Source: Takakia lepidozioides
Taxonomy: Eukaryota; Plantae; Bryophyta
Assembly (NCBI GenBank): GCA_030704615.1
Contig: CM060731.1
Span: 6,882,001 to 6,946,000, forward strand
DNA: 64,000 bases
Direction of reading: 5' to 3'
Below the pieces are notes generated by a model. That model had not been told where the DNA came from, searched no databases, and worked only from the letters and a program-made list of their open reading frames with translations. Positions within the stretch are counted from its first letter, which is position 1. Every line of letters begins with the position of its first letter. Below are positions 1 to 13,288 of this stretch, in pieces. A program made the translations under genes and the position numbers.

Positions 1-2000
1 ATCCTTCCTAGGACTCGTCTCCTATTACCGGAAGTATGTGAGAAATTTCGCCAAGATCGCGAGGCTGTTGTCAGACCTTCTGTGTAAATCCAAAGTCTGG
101 GTATGGAACACCTTGTGTGGCCAAGCTTTTGCGGAATTGAAGCAGTGGATGGCGGAAGCTCTAGTCTTGAAAATCCCGGAGTTCGATCATCCGTTCGAGA
201 TACATACAGATGCATCGGACTTCGCGATTGGGGGTGTACTGATGCAAGATGGACGTCGAGTGGCTTACGAAAGTAAGAAACTGAATGAAGTGGAGCGACG
301 GTGGCCGACGCACGAGAAAGAGATGAAGGCGGTGGTGCACTGTCTTGAGCTTTGGCGCCACTATGTTGGTTCCAACCCAGTGAAGGTGTTCACGGACAAT
401 GTCACGGTGAAGTATTTTGCCACGCAGCCCAAGTTGTTCCCAAAACAACTTAGGTGGCAAGATACTTTGCCAGTGTTCGACGTGGATATCCAGTACAAAC
501 CGGGACGAGACAACGTGGTAGCCGATGCTTTAAGTAGAAAGCAGCAGCTCTTGTTGGTGTACAAGGGCGAGACGGCGCTCCAAAGGACGATCCGAAAGGC
601 CTGCCGGAAGGATGAGCTGGCGAAGTCCGTGATCCAAGACTTGAGGATGGGGGTTAAATCGCAGTTCCACTTGCAAAATGGACTGCTCCGGTATAAGCAA
701 AAGCGTCTCTACGTGCCGAAGGGAGGGATCAGAGATAGCCTCTTGAGAGAATGCCATGATAGCCCGCTTGCGGGCCACGGCGGAGCCAAGCGCACTGCGG
801 CACTCTTGAAGAAAGAGTATTTCTGGCCCAAACTGAGGGAGGAGGCAGAGGAGTATGTCAAGACATGCACCACATGCCAACAAAACCGGAGCGAGTACAA
901 AAAGCAAGCGGGGCTGTTACAACCCTTGCCGATTCCAGAGGGGACTTAGGAAAGCGTCTCGATGGATTTCATGACTGCTATGCCGCTGTCAAAAGGATTC
1001 GATGCAATTATGGTGGTGGTGGATAGGTTCAGTAAAATGGGTCATTTCATCCCCACCAAGGAGACGGCAACGGCGCAGGAAACAGGGCGACTTTACTTTG
1101 CCCACGTCTTAAAGCATCATGGAATCCCAAAGGATATTGTCTCGGACCGCGATCCAAAGTTTACGAGTAAATTTTGGAGGGCACTTTGGAAGAAGATGGG
1201 GACGAGGCTGAAGATGAGCACCGCCTTCCGACCTACGACCGACGGCCAAACAGAAAGAGTGAATTCCGTAGTGAAGCAAATCTTGCGGAATTACGTGTCG
1301 GCAGACCAAACAGACTGGGTGGAAAACTTAGACGCGGCAGAGTTCTGTTATAATAACACAGAACACTCCGCAACGGGAGTTTCCCCTTTTGTATTGGTCT
1401 ATGGAAAAGCACCTCTGGTGCCGACAAGTTGGGCCGCCCAGGACGTTGAGGAACCGGCAGTAGCGGCGGTACTAGAAGAACGCGAGCGTTTGTTGAAGCT
1501 CGCAAAGTACAACATTGCCAAAGCTAGGAAACGGTATGAAAGACAGGCGAATCGGAAGCGGAGGGAAGTGAAGTTTGAGGCAGGCACGGAGGTCTGGTTG
1601 AACATCAAGAATTTCCGACTACCTCCGGAAGTGAGTCCAAAGTTTGTACCTCTGTATACGGGACCCTTTCGCATCCGGAAGGTTATGAATGAGGATGTGT
1701 ATGAATTGGAGCTGCCGGCAAACAGCAAGGTGCATCCAGTATTTCACGTCTCCCTTTTGAAGCCTTACTTCAAAGATGAAGCGCGTCCGAATCGGCATCA
1801 AGTGTTGCGTCCGCCACCTGTGCTGTTGGATCATGAAAATGAACCTGAGTACGAGGTGGAGGCAGTACTTAAGTCGAGGAGGTTCAAGAACCGAGAAACG
1901 GAGTATCTCGTCAAATGGAAGGGCTATCATCATGTAGAGGCATCTTGGGTGCGTGCCTCAGAAATGGGAAACGCATCCGAGGCGGTTGCAGTTTTTGAAG
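1..2000 (+). mobile_element. Ty3/gypsy chromovirus pol remnant (RT end, RNase H, integrase, chromodomain), 3'-truncated
   Basis: RNase H motif HTDASDFAIGGVL, integrase HHCC (HDSPLAGH...CTTCQ), core MDF...VVVDRFSK...SDRDPKF...DGQTER and chromodomain EYEVEAVL...YLVKWKGY...SW. An in-frame TAG at 947-949 (expected Trp, PEGTWESVSMDF) splits the ORF. No PPT or LTR is visible downstream. Confidence 0.95.
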
Positions 2001-2560
2001 GGCGGGATATGAACTTAGGGATTTCAACTGCTTTGCTATAACAAAAGAGTTTCTCAACACGAAACTCTTGTATGTTAATGTTTTTGTTCAAAGCACTACA
2101 TGCTTTTGACCAAATATGGAGGGATATGAACTAAAGGATTAAAAATACTTCGTCGTAACAAAAGAGTTTCCCAACACGAAACACTTATCCAATTGTGGTC
2201 GTGTACAAAAACCTACACACTTTTGAAACAATATGGCGGGATACGAATTGAGGGATTTGAACTCATTCACCATAAAAAAAAAGTTTCTCGACACAAAACT
2301 CTTGTCTGATAGTGTTATGGTTTAAGAATCTGCATGCTTTAGAACCAATATGGAGGGATATGAACTGCTTCGGCGTAGCAAAAGAGTTTCTCAACACGAA
2401 ACTCTTCTCTAAGAGTGTTTTTGTTCAAAAACGTGCATGCATTTGGAACAATAAGGAAGGATACAAACTGAGGGATTTGAACTCTTTTGCCTTGACAAAA
2501 GAGTTTCTAATACAAGATGCGAACTTATTCGTCTGCACAAAAGTTTCTCAACACGAAACA
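2001..2560 (+). repeat. Diverged 117-bp tandem repeat (~4.5 copies)
   Basis: Units beginning GGMGGGATAYGAA start at 2001, 2118, 2235, 2352 and ~2455; each contains AAAAGAGTTTCTCAACACGAAAC-like sequence. Confidence 0.85.
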
Positions 2561-2708
2561 TAAGACCAAGCCCGTGCACCCGTCCTCGTCAAGGGTTTTC
2601 CAATGGTACCAAGCACCAGGGGGCCTCGCGGGTGGGGACATCTCAAACCTACAATACAAACAAAACAAACAAAACAAAACAAATGTCTCAATTCATTTAT
2701 TGATATAG
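2561..2708 (+). mobile_element. Probable 3' terminus of a non-autonomous Helitron-like element
   Basis: A GC-rich block is followed by an (ACAAA)n microsatellite and ends ...TTATTGATATAG, directly after the tandem array. The layout resembles rolling-circle non-autonomous elements. Classification is inference. Confidence 0.4.
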
Positions 2709-2772
2709 GAGGCTACATAGTTTATTTACTTATCTATTTTCTAATTTTGTATGTCGGTGGACTATTAAATAC

Positions 2773-3338
2773 AGAAGACAATAGGAATAATGTTAGAACT
2801 TAATGGACACGTGTGATCTGACGGTACTTTCGCCGGATTCCGGCAACTTGGGCTCCTCCGGCGGGGCCCCTGTCAAATCCTCCCCACCCCCTCTTACCTC
2901 AGTTTCATTATTAATAAATACTTAAGAATCCAGGTGGTTTGCAAGCTGTGGTAGGAAGCGTGATGGTAAGGTGAAGCATTGCAGGCGGCGAGGTTCGGGG
3001 TCCGATTTTTGATGGGAGGCTCTTGTAGTGTAAACCCGGTTGATGTAACCCTCCAATTGGTGTAACCTTCTTCAACCTTGGTTTCTCATGTAATTCTAGT
3101 TAGTCCATTTTATACTTAGCCACATTTGGACTAAGTCAAATTTCGAGACCAAGTGTGGGTTAGTCTGACTGGAGTTACACTCCATTCTCTGTAACCCCGG
3201 TTTGGAGTTAACACTCCTTGAGTTCCACGTCAATCTCAAGAGAAGGTGGGGAAGATTTGACATGCCAAAAACCGGCCTACCATCTTGTCAGAGTTTGCAT
3301 GTGTGCATTAAGTTCTCACATTATTCCTATTATCTTCC
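2773..3338. mobile_element. MITE with ~40-bp terminal inverted repeats (Mutator-like)
   Basis: Left GAAGACAATAGGAATAATGTTAGAACTTAATGGACAC pairs with right GTGTGCATTAAGTTCTCACATTATTCCTATTATCTTC. An inner inverted pair (TGTCAAATCCTCCCCACC / GGTGGGGAAGATTTGACA) is also present. The flanks ATTAAATAC / ATAAAATAA match at 7 of 9 positions (degraded 9-bp TSD). Confidence 0.8.
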
Positions 3339-3545
3339 ATAAAATAAAGTAAAATTATTGGAAAAAAAAAATTGGTAGGAAGTTTAGGGTAAGAAATACT
3401 TTTGTACTCTTCCAGTAGGGAGCTAAAAAACTGGACATGCAAGGGACAAATATGAAAGGATTAATTGACTGGAACTCTAAAAACACTGGAACTAAATGCA
3501 GGAGAACTGAAGGGATAAAAATGAATATAGATAAGAACGTCCAGT

Positions 3546-3684
3546 GAATTTACAGAGCCTACTGCTCAACACACATGCCCAATGGACGGTCTGAAGGCAC
3601 ATGTGGAAGGATTGAACCCAAGATCACCTAGGTTATGCACAGGCAAGGCACAAACACCCAACCACTGGGCTACCTGCTCAAGTG
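3546..3684 (-). mobile_element. tRNA-derived SINE, copy 1
   Basis: The minus strand has a Pol III A box (TAGCCCAGTGG) and B box (GGTTCAATCC). A second copy lies at 18897-19026. Confidence 0.7.
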
Positions 3685-3926
3685 AGAAACTGGATGTGAT
3701 GAAACTGAAGGGGAACTGAATGTTAAAGGAAGGAGAAAAGCAGGGATGTCTCTGCTTAGTAAGTTAGTAGGGAGGAGCCAATAAAAGTAATAAGCATCAG
3801 AATAGTAAGTTAGGAGTAAGTTGGGAACAAAAGCCAGGTGTGGGGTAGGGAGCGCAGAGTGGGTTCTGCCGACGGCGATGGCGACCACGCTCCACTCCAT
3901 CTAGTGTACTCCAGTGCTGCAGCTTC

Positions 3927-6900
3927 ATGGATCCCGGGATCATCAAAATACTCGAGGATGACGAGGTTTGTCTCCCGCTACACCGTGAAATCGTGTTGCA
4001 GATCGAGAGATTGCCTTCTGAGGGTGATTTGTAGTGCTCATCGTGGTGGCAGGTTTATCTGAGGCTCATTTCCGCATTACACTGTTGCTCAAGATGAAGA
4101 GGTCTAGCCCCTGGTAACAAAGAGAGCGGTGTTTCGGTTTCAGATATATTGTTAAATATGGTAATTTTGAGGGAGACAATGTGAGCGGTGTGCTGGTGTT
4201 ATGTAAACGTTGTTCCACTTTTCTCATTAGACGACTTAAGATGACTTATCCCTTGGTAATCTGTGAATCACGCTCTGGTTTCAGATTCTTTTCCGCGAGA
4301 TTATGCGGAGTGTTCCAAATTATGCTCGTGAAGTTCATTTGCGTAGGAGTCGGAGTGGCACAGGAGCCAGTTAGGTCTATGGGCAGCGATGCCATCTTGT
4401 TTGTTTAGGAAGGGGCTGATCACCATATCTACGTGCTGCCAGAAAAAAAACCTGATCCTTGCTAGAAGCTGTCATGCAATTCATGAATTTGAATATCTTC
4501 CTCAGAGGGAGAAGGCAAGTGCCTAGTAGGTTTTTACTTCAAGATTAGGGGTTGTGGATTGGCACTTATTTGCTAAGTTCTTCGTAAGGACAAACCCTCA
4601 AATTATATTCGAAGCACAATGCCCTACCACCCATTAGGTCGAGTGCCAGTTGAAGGTTCAGAGAGAGACAGGTAAAGATGTCATGGAAACAGATATCTTA
4701 AGGATGCCTAGCCCACTCTGCGGAAGGGTAGTGCTTCAGGACTCCATAGCGGAAATAACTGGCATTTAGTTTTAGAAGAAGGTGAAGAATGTAGCCAGTG
4801 ACCACATTGAGCCCTAATCGCTGCAGGAGGCTGTCTTACCTTTGTTCTCTCTTTCTGCAGTCCACTTATGCTCCTTCTATTTTTGAGGGCAGTGCAACCA
4901 CAGATACACGTGTTACTTCTGAGCTGCCATAGGAAAACACTGGAAGTTCATGTTTTATAGTGCACTGCCCTCAAAATAACTTTTAACTTCTTGTACATGG
5001 ATTTCCAATGCTGCTCGAGGGCTATGGAAATCTCAGGATGGGTTCACAGCCTTGGGGGTGAAGTCCCCACAAGCCTGCTGGTATCTGTGGGGCTACTGCG
5101 ACTGCTGCTGTAGCCCATCTTCACAGGGAATCAGCCGTACCTTTTCTTCTTTGGCATATGATGAATGTGTATTTGGTGTGGCTTTTAACTATTTAAACTG
5201 ACCCGTTGCTTCTCTACGTGTTGGCTTGGGAGTCTCACTGTCCTCGTAGGCAGTATGTCCTGCTTTTTCTGTCTGAATTGGGACCAGGGACAACCAGCAC
5301 ATCCTTGGTGCCAGCATTCCTGTGCCAGCATGAAGGATTTTGGAATCGGTTTTGTTTCGCTTTCTCTCCGGCAGTACCAACTTATTAACTGAATCTTTAA
5401 AACAAGTTTGTCATGGAAAGGCAACATAAATCAGAAAGACATCTTTAACAGTTGCATGGTGGGACAGGATGATAATGCAGCCCCAGTGTCGGGGGCAGAA
5501 GTTGATGCATTGGCTGCGGTGTTGAAAGGAGACCTTGGTGGTGTGGCAGCTGCTGCTGCGGCAGCAGCTTATGGCCTTGCACATTCTGGGAATGGCAGTT
5601 TACAGCCCTTGTCTTCCGATTCTCCTGCCACGGCCTCTGCTCCACCCCCCACAGGTTGGTATAATAAATTATTCTGAGTGGAACCTCTCCTAATTCAGAT
5701 CCATTCATAACTGTTGCTCAAATGATGCCATGGTGGCATTCTTTTCATGGTTTCTTGATGTCAGTGCAACAGGAGGTCACTTGGTATGAGCAGAAGGTAT
5801 TTGCCATAACCCCTGAACAGACACAACTCACTTATCAACACACGTCTCTGGATTGGGAAAAAAGACTCTGACAACTGCCCTCCTAGAAGGACCTGGGTGG
5901 TAGACGTTTTACTGATTAAGAAATAGCAAATGTTATAACAGAGATCTTTTTCACCCACCTTCATTTTATTGGTAAGGTACACATTGAGGGGATTTAGTAT
6001 CCTATACAAGGTGCACGTGCTGCTTCCAAATCCTTTGCAAAAGGAGCACCTTGGTATGGATAACTCGCATATGAGCAAGCTTTTTAATTTCCAACAGAAA
6101 ACTGATGCAAGGAATGGAGGGAGATATTCCTGGATGTTAAGTCTTGTTGCATCAGTTGTCTTTATCTCCATAATTCGTGTACCTCACTGGTTTGTCTTGT
6201 GCTTCTGGCAGATGGTCTGGATGTTGCATTTGTCAGAAGCAGATCTTATGTGTATAATATCCAAGATAGGCCACTGAGGATGCATAAGGTGGGTAGAGGT
6301 AGGTAACTTAAGGTTGGTTTATGGTTGCTCAGGGCACAATAATCAAGGCCTCTCTCTTGGGCCTGCACAAACGGCACAATGGCACAAGCTTACTCCACAG
6401 CAGCAACAGCAATACCTGCAACGCATGCAGCAGCAGCAGTTGGGTCAACCACCGAAACGATCAGGTGGCATGAGTCAAGGCATCTCATTTGGGGCATTGA
6501 TGCCCTTGCTTCAATCACATCTGCCTCCGGAGAAGAACCAGCAGCTCAATGCGTTGTACCAAAGGTTCAAGGTGAGGATTGGTAAGACTTATATCTGTTA
6601 TGAAAGGAGCCTGCACAACTGTCGGAAGATGATGTCGGTCACTTGAAATCCAGATGTCTATGCTTTGACAAAGAAGGGAGTGCCCTACGTGATGTATTTT
6701 CTGTGTGTTTGCCTACACACTACATTTTGGTGGTGTGGCTTGCAGAGGAATGAGATAACAAGAGAAGACTTTGTAAGAGGCGCCAGAGTGATTGTTGGAG
6801 ATCAGGTGTTGGTTCAGACAATCCGGCAGATGCATTTGAAGGTAGGCTCTGCCTGGGCTGTCCTGGAATGATGGGTTTGATGTTGAACTATACGTCCTTC

Positions 6901-9900
6901 TGTCTTTGTACTGATTGGACTGTTGTACTGGCCTGGAGTATGCAGAAACAGCACCAGCATCAACAGCAAAGACAACCGCAGTCGCATCCGCAGCAGCTAC
7001 CTACCTCTGCTCACCCATCTACTCCTTCAACCTCAACATTACCCTCCAAGTCACCACATGACCAGGCCTCCATGTCGAATCCGGACCAACCACAGGACCA
7101 CTCTTTGGTTCAGCAGTCGTCTTCGCAGCCCCTGCAAGCTCTATCTCTTCAGCAGCAACATCAACACCAGCAGCAACAACATCAACATCAACAGCAACAG
7201 CAACAGAAGCTTGAAGCACAGCCATTGTCACAACCCAGCCTGTCAACACCTCCATTGCTGCCGCAGCCTCAGATGCAGCCTCAGCAAAGTAGACCAGCAG
7301 AGCAGCAACAGGCAGAAGTAGGACAGATGGCTTCCACTCTCGTACAACCCATAAAGCATGAAGTAGAGAAGACCTCAGTGTCACCACTGCCGATTCCACA
7401 AGCACTCCAAGCACCATCACAAGGCTCCTTTGCTTCGTTTCAGCCACGCCCATCGTCTTTAGGGACCCCCCAGGCTATGGGCAGTGGGAGCCAACCATCA
7501 CAGGCCCAGGCACAGGCACAGAGAGCTCCAACACCACCACAATTCAGTGGCTTACATGGGAAGCCGCAGTTTGCTCAGCCTAAGCTGGGAGTACAAACAC
7601 CTGTCCCGGACACTGCTTCCCAGCCACTGCCAGAGAAACCACTTTCAAAATATGCCAGACAGAAACTCCGAAGGGAACAAAAAAAACAAGAAGAAGAAGA
7701 GAGGATGCGCAAGCTGCAGGAAGCGGATAGATTGAGGAAGCTGCAAAGTGGGGCAATTGCCGGCCATCCTCCAGCACCGCAGTCAGCAGCAGCACTATCT
7801 ATGCCTCTGGACGGGCCACAACCTCACCCCAAGTTACTCGAAAAGCAGCGAGCAGCACAAACACTTACGTCTGTTAAACAGGAACCTTTGATTGACCATC
7901 ATGCAGGTGGCCTTCAAAGAGCACAATCTATGCAACCTCCTACAAAGGGGCAAGAGTTGTATCAAGGGCAAATAGTGCTCAAAGTCCCAGGGCAAATACA
8001 GTTGTCGGAGACAGTTTCTCTCCCATTATCTGTGAACAGAGAACAGACCCCTTTGTCCACCTCACAGGCCGGATGTGGGCTAACTCGTTATCCGAGCATT
8101 CCTAGCCCTTCCTCCTCTCTCCACTCAAGCATGCCAGTTGCCGCTGCCTCAGTTGGTATGGCAGCACATCCTACCTATGGTGCACCAGTGATCCACCCAC
8201 CTGTTGCACAAAAGCAGGTGACATATTCAGTAGTGTCAAATGATTCTTCCTCTTATCAGTTTCTCTGTGTAGATCTTAATCTGGGAGTGATGTAGAAACA
8301 AATAAAGAAGATTATCTCCGTAGATGTCCTCATGTAAGTGTTAGAGTGTTTGTTTAGTTCTGATGCTTGGAAGCTGTGGAGGATGGCTGCGCAGGTGGTG
8401 CAGCAACCTTACACAGCGTCTGTTGCTGCTCAAGTAGGCATTCCAGTGACTCCCACCTCTGGATCGTCTTTGGTTGCTGGAATTGCAAGCATGCCAGTGG
8501 CAGCGAGTGGAGTATCTGGACATGGTCAGCCTCCAATTCAGATGCAAGGAATGGCCACAACACCTGTACCCCTACCTTCCAATGCTGCGTCCAAGACCCC
8601 TCCAAAGAAACCAATAGTAGGCCAGAAGAAGCCAGCTGAGACGATGGCTCAAGCTTTGCAAACACCAAGGTTTGTTGGGTTTTTCAACTGAATAGGGTTT
8701 GAAAATATGGATATTTGACCGCCAGTGGAAAGCAGCTTGCTTCGGCACTTGCTTCTTCAGGGAGTTCGCCAAAGAGAGATAAAGTAGTTCTACTCTCAGA
8801 TGGTGTGAGGTGGATATATCTGCACCTAGTGATGAAGGCCTGAACAGAACCCAACCTTGGAGACTTGACTAAATCACCTGGCACTTTTATTATCTTCAGC
8901 ATGAGATGCATCTTGAACTGCTTCATTGCATGTGCTGATGGCATGTTGGCATGGATGGCAGCAAGAAGCAGAAGGTGCAGGGAGGAGATGGTGATCAGAG
9001 TATTGACCAGCTAAATGATGTCACAGCTGTCAGTGGGGTGAACCTGCGGGTAGGCTTTCCTCCCATATCTGTTGTCAACTCAACTCTTCAGTAAAAGTAT
9101 CCATGTGTATGGAAGTCGAATCTGTTGACACGTAGTAGGTTTCCTGCACCATGCCATGTCAAAGGGAAAACTGGTTTCTTTTCCTTTGGAAAATGCTTTC
9201 CTGGCTTCCAAGCATTAGTATGTTGTAGTGGGTGCTGGTTACAGCTATATCTTGTCTTGGATCTGTACTCTTTTCTGCACACTGTTCTATTCTTAAATCC
9301 AGGCTTGTGTCAATTGCAGGAAGAGGAGGAGCAATTGCTGGCAGGACCAAAAGAGGAGAGCCGGACCACGGAAGCTATGCGCAAGTTTGTCCAGGATGAA
9401 GAGGATCGGTTGTTCCTTGAGAAGGGGCCTTTGCGCACTAAAGTTCGTGCCATCGGTATAACCTCTTTACTGTCACACATGCAGACGACTGTCTCAATTT
9501 CTGTTGACGATAGCTGGGGTGGCACGTGCAATCTTTTTAGTCAGAATTGAATCTAATGTGTGGACTATGATGGGTTGCAGCAGCGAAATGTGGCATTAGG
9601 AGCGTAAGTGAAGACGTAGAGCGATGTCTGTCCATGGTATTTGATTCTGCTCTTCAAATCACCTTCCGCAGAAAATGCCTGTAGCTTCTACTCTATCAGA
9701 ACAGTGTTCGAGCTTCTGGTCTTTCTTTCTTTGACGCATTAGTATATTGCTTATCCTCTTGTGAATTCTGCAGAGGGGATTCTCAAACTGCAGAGTGCTT
9801 CATTGACCTGACTGTCATGCTGAACTTTACAGTGCGCTGAGGAGCGACTCCGGAGCATGTTGTACAAACTCATCAAACTTTCCAAACAGGTACTGGGTCC

Positions 9901-12832
9901 TGCATAATATGGAACCTACCTTGGTGCTCTTCAAAGAGAAGGTCTTGCTCTGTACTTTTATGAAATAGCTACGTGCGACCTGACAGGCATGGTGGGTATG
10001 ACAGCGCTGTGACATAGAAAAGGATATGCACAAGATTGTGGTGACTTCAGATATCCGCAGGCAAGTGCTACTTATGAAGAAAAAAGCTAAGGAGGCTTTT
10101 GAGAGAAGGCGGGCAGAAGAGAATGAACGCTTGCTCAAGCTGAATGAGGTCAGTTTTGGTGTATTGATTGGGGAATGAAAAGTACTGCATCGAATCACAC
10201 TAACTACTAAAAGCTTGAGTGGTCATTATCGTTGCTCAAAGTGTCCACACATGCGTTTTGTCAGTTCTTCATAAATTAAAGCCAGAAATGAGCCATAGAT
10301 GATGGGTGCATAGGAATGGATTGACATCAATACCTGTGAAGTAGGAGAGAGCTAGATGAACGTGATTCTGCGATTAAGGTGCCATTGAATATTGCACGTG
10401 GTGCATGGTCTAGATACATCTAAGCTGGAATTGGCGGTGTGTTTTTTCCAGAAGGATAAGGGATCTTTGCCTGATGCTGAAAAGGAGGAGCTGCGAGCCA
10501 AGGCACAAAAGGTAGCATATCCTGATCATCCATACCCATCCAAGTTCTTGTGTTTGAGGCTTCCATTATTGTTGATATCAATTACGACTTAGGTTTGTGG
10601 CTATATTGTGGCACCAGGGAAGCATCAGCCAGCATGGATGCCAAGTGTGGGTCTACAGGCCTTGGTAGTACTGGTCTGCACTTAGTGAAGTATTGAAGGC
10701 CTTAGACATGTACCCTCAAATCCCCAACACTGCATTTGCGGCTTGGTGCCTAAATTGCAATTTGGGGGCTGTCGTGCACATGGTCCAGAACATTGGGTGC
10801 CGGCAATCCCTGTAGCAAACTTTAGGTCAATACCCAGTTTAATGTCCCTGGATACAGTGTGACAGACTTTCTGCCTCTTGGACTTGGACAGGCACAGCAG
10901 GAGGAGGATGATAAGCTAAGGGCAAATGCAGCAAATGTTGCAGCACGGGCTGCGGTAGGAGCAGATGACATGCTTATGAAATGGCAAATGATGGCTGCTC
11001 AAGGCCTGGCAAAACGGCAGGGAGGAGACACCGGTCTGTGTCTTCACCATGTTGTCTGGTTGCATGTTGGTATCATCTAAGAGTGTTCTGACCTTCAACA
11101 ACAGGTTTATCTAGAGGTGCCTTTGATGATATCTGCATTGGATGCACCTGGTCTGTCTTCGTTTTATCTGGTTGTGTTGGTATCAAGTAAGAGGGTTCTG
11201 ACCTGCACCAACTCCTTTTTACCAAATGGTGCCTGTGATAATTTTGGCATTGAATGCATCTCTTGTATTATGTCTTCCATGTGTATGCATAGCGTTCTAC
11301 CCTATTCCACGTGAACTTAGAGCAGACAATATTGGGCATTGGGGTCAATGTTGATGGGATATGATATATGTTTGGCGTGCCATCGGTCTGAAACGTTGCA
11401 AGTTATGGAAATTATAGACAGTACCTCGGACTGCAAACCAAAGACGGCAGTTGACTGGGTTGGGTTGGTGACAGCCAATGATGCTGGGCAAGCAGGAACA
11501 ACAGATGAGAGTAGCAGCCGAATGGAAGACCACAAACATGAGAATGGGGAAACTGTGTTGGGTCCTGGGCGGCCGGATGCCGATGGAGATGGACCCACCG
11601 CAGCTGCTGCCACGGGTAGACCTCCAGGTATGTATGGAAATAGGAGTGACTAGACTAAGCATCAAATCCACTTGATTTGTCCACCTTTTTGCAGTATTTT
11701 CAACAGCTAACTGCCAATCATATTTATAGACAAGACCCTAGGAGTTTGCCACCTAATCCAGCTCCCTGAAAATTTCACATCAATTAGGGGCTTGCCACGA
11801 GGGGTCTTCTTTGTATGCTCCCACGGGGGAATGCTGGAGGCCTCAAATCCTTGATTGTGAAAATTATATGTGAAATTTAAAATTGGAAGATCAGTTTGGT
11901 GCAGTGGATACTTTACCTTAGAGCAAAACCATTAGTTTATATGCCTATGCCTGGACTCAAGTTTCCCTCCTGCATGACACAAAGATGTGATTGAGGGCTT
12001 GTTCTTGATTTTCAAGCTAATCTGCGAGGGTGATAGAGAACTTCCAATTTTGGCCAGGGTGGCAGCGTATTCAGACTAACCACAGGAAAGTATGGGTGTC
12101 AAAGAGGCCACTACAGTTTGGTGAGGCATTTAAGGGCTAACGCCAATCAATCCTACCTATCCGTTATCTTTGTACTTCAATGTTTTTTGGTAGTCAATGC
12201 AGGTTTCAACTTCAGGTCCTCTGTATGGAGCAAACCTGTACATCTGGCTTCTAGGGAAGACTTTTGTTGCACCTAGCCATACCTTGCCAAGTTGTGTGAG
12301 GGTAAGACTTACCTGAGTGCTCCATCTCAGGTAATGACAAGTGATATAAGGGCTGGGATTGGCATCTTCTGAAAAACCATGATGGTGATTCCAGCACTAA
12401 GGGTACAGCATCGTGACAGCAGAGGTGGTGGTGGGTTTCCATTAATTCACCGCAAATTGAATGACCTGAAATAAAGGGTCATAACATGGATCATTGTGTT
12501 TGGCAATTCTGACTATCCTAGGCAACCACTAGCCAGAATATGCTCTTAGACCTCCACCCTATGCTGGATGTTTCAGCAAATAATTATGTGGTCTTAAATA
12601 CTGATGTCCTTCTGTGGCAGGTCCTGGTCCAGGACTAGGAAGAGGCAGTAACATGGTGCGCCGACCTAGCATGGCTTCCCAGGCAGGAAGGGCCCAGCGC
12701 ACCATCAGCATGAAAGACGTGATAGCCTTTTTGGAAAGGGAGCCTCAAATGTCCAAGTCTACTCTCTTGTATCGGTTGTATGAGCGGAAGCGCAAACAAT
12801 CTTCTGAAGTTGGTCCAGTAAAACGAAACTAG
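3927..12832 (+). CDS. TAF4: Transcription initiation factor TFIID subunit 4 (TAF4/TAF4b-like), ~15 exons
   Basis: Exon 1 (3927-3965) [13 protein letters not shown] followed by GT; exon 2 [19 protein letters not shown] domain [52 protein letters not shown] (~6480-6841). Long Q/P-rich exon 6946-8217. TAF4 histone-fold region [26 protein letters not shown]...LFLEKGPL, then [21 protein letters not shown] and terminal [30 protein letters not shown] boundaries were found throughout. Confidence 0.95.
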
Positions 12833-13017
12833 AATGGTTGTGTGTATAGGTGCACAGGTGTCCCAATTTGGACCCAACTGTGATACATTGCTAGATAAAT
12901 TTATCCGGGAGTAGATTAGAATACACAACTTGAGGTGTTGAGCTGTAGGAAAGTGGGCAAGGCTTAGGTAGGTTGCAGCCACCCTTCTTCCTCACTAAAG
13001 AGAAGTTTTCTATGGAG

Positions 13018-13288
13018 GAGAGCGCTATTTGCGCTCCGAAATGGTCACTCGTGGAGTGGATGTTTAGCATCTTCCTCCAATGCCCATCGTAGGCTTCAGA
13101 TGGGTGCCAATCGTTTAGGGGCCATGTTGCTTTGGAGTCCTGATGCCGCCTATATTGAGAGCGCTATTTGTTCTCCGAAATGGTGGATGTTTAGCATCTT
13201 CCTCCAATGCCCATTGTAGGGTTCAGATGGGTGCCAATTGTTTAGGGGCCATGTTGCATTGGAGTTCTGATGCTACCTCTATTTGAGG
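13018..13288 (+). repeat. Tandem duplication (~130-140 bp, 2 copies) downstream of the TAF4 stop
   Basis: GAGAGCGCTATTTG...TGGATGTTTAGCATCTTCCTCCAATGCCCAT...GGGGCCATGTTGC occurs twice, at ~13018 and ~13157. Confidence 0.85.

Noticed and set aside
3546-3684. tRNA gene
   Set aside because: A and B boxes are present, but I could not fold a cloverleaf, and a diverged copy with a shared tail exists elsewhere, which fits a SINE.
6868-8295. Standalone 475-aa Q-rich gene
   Set aside because: It is an internal TAF4 exon (6946-8217) plus intron read-through.
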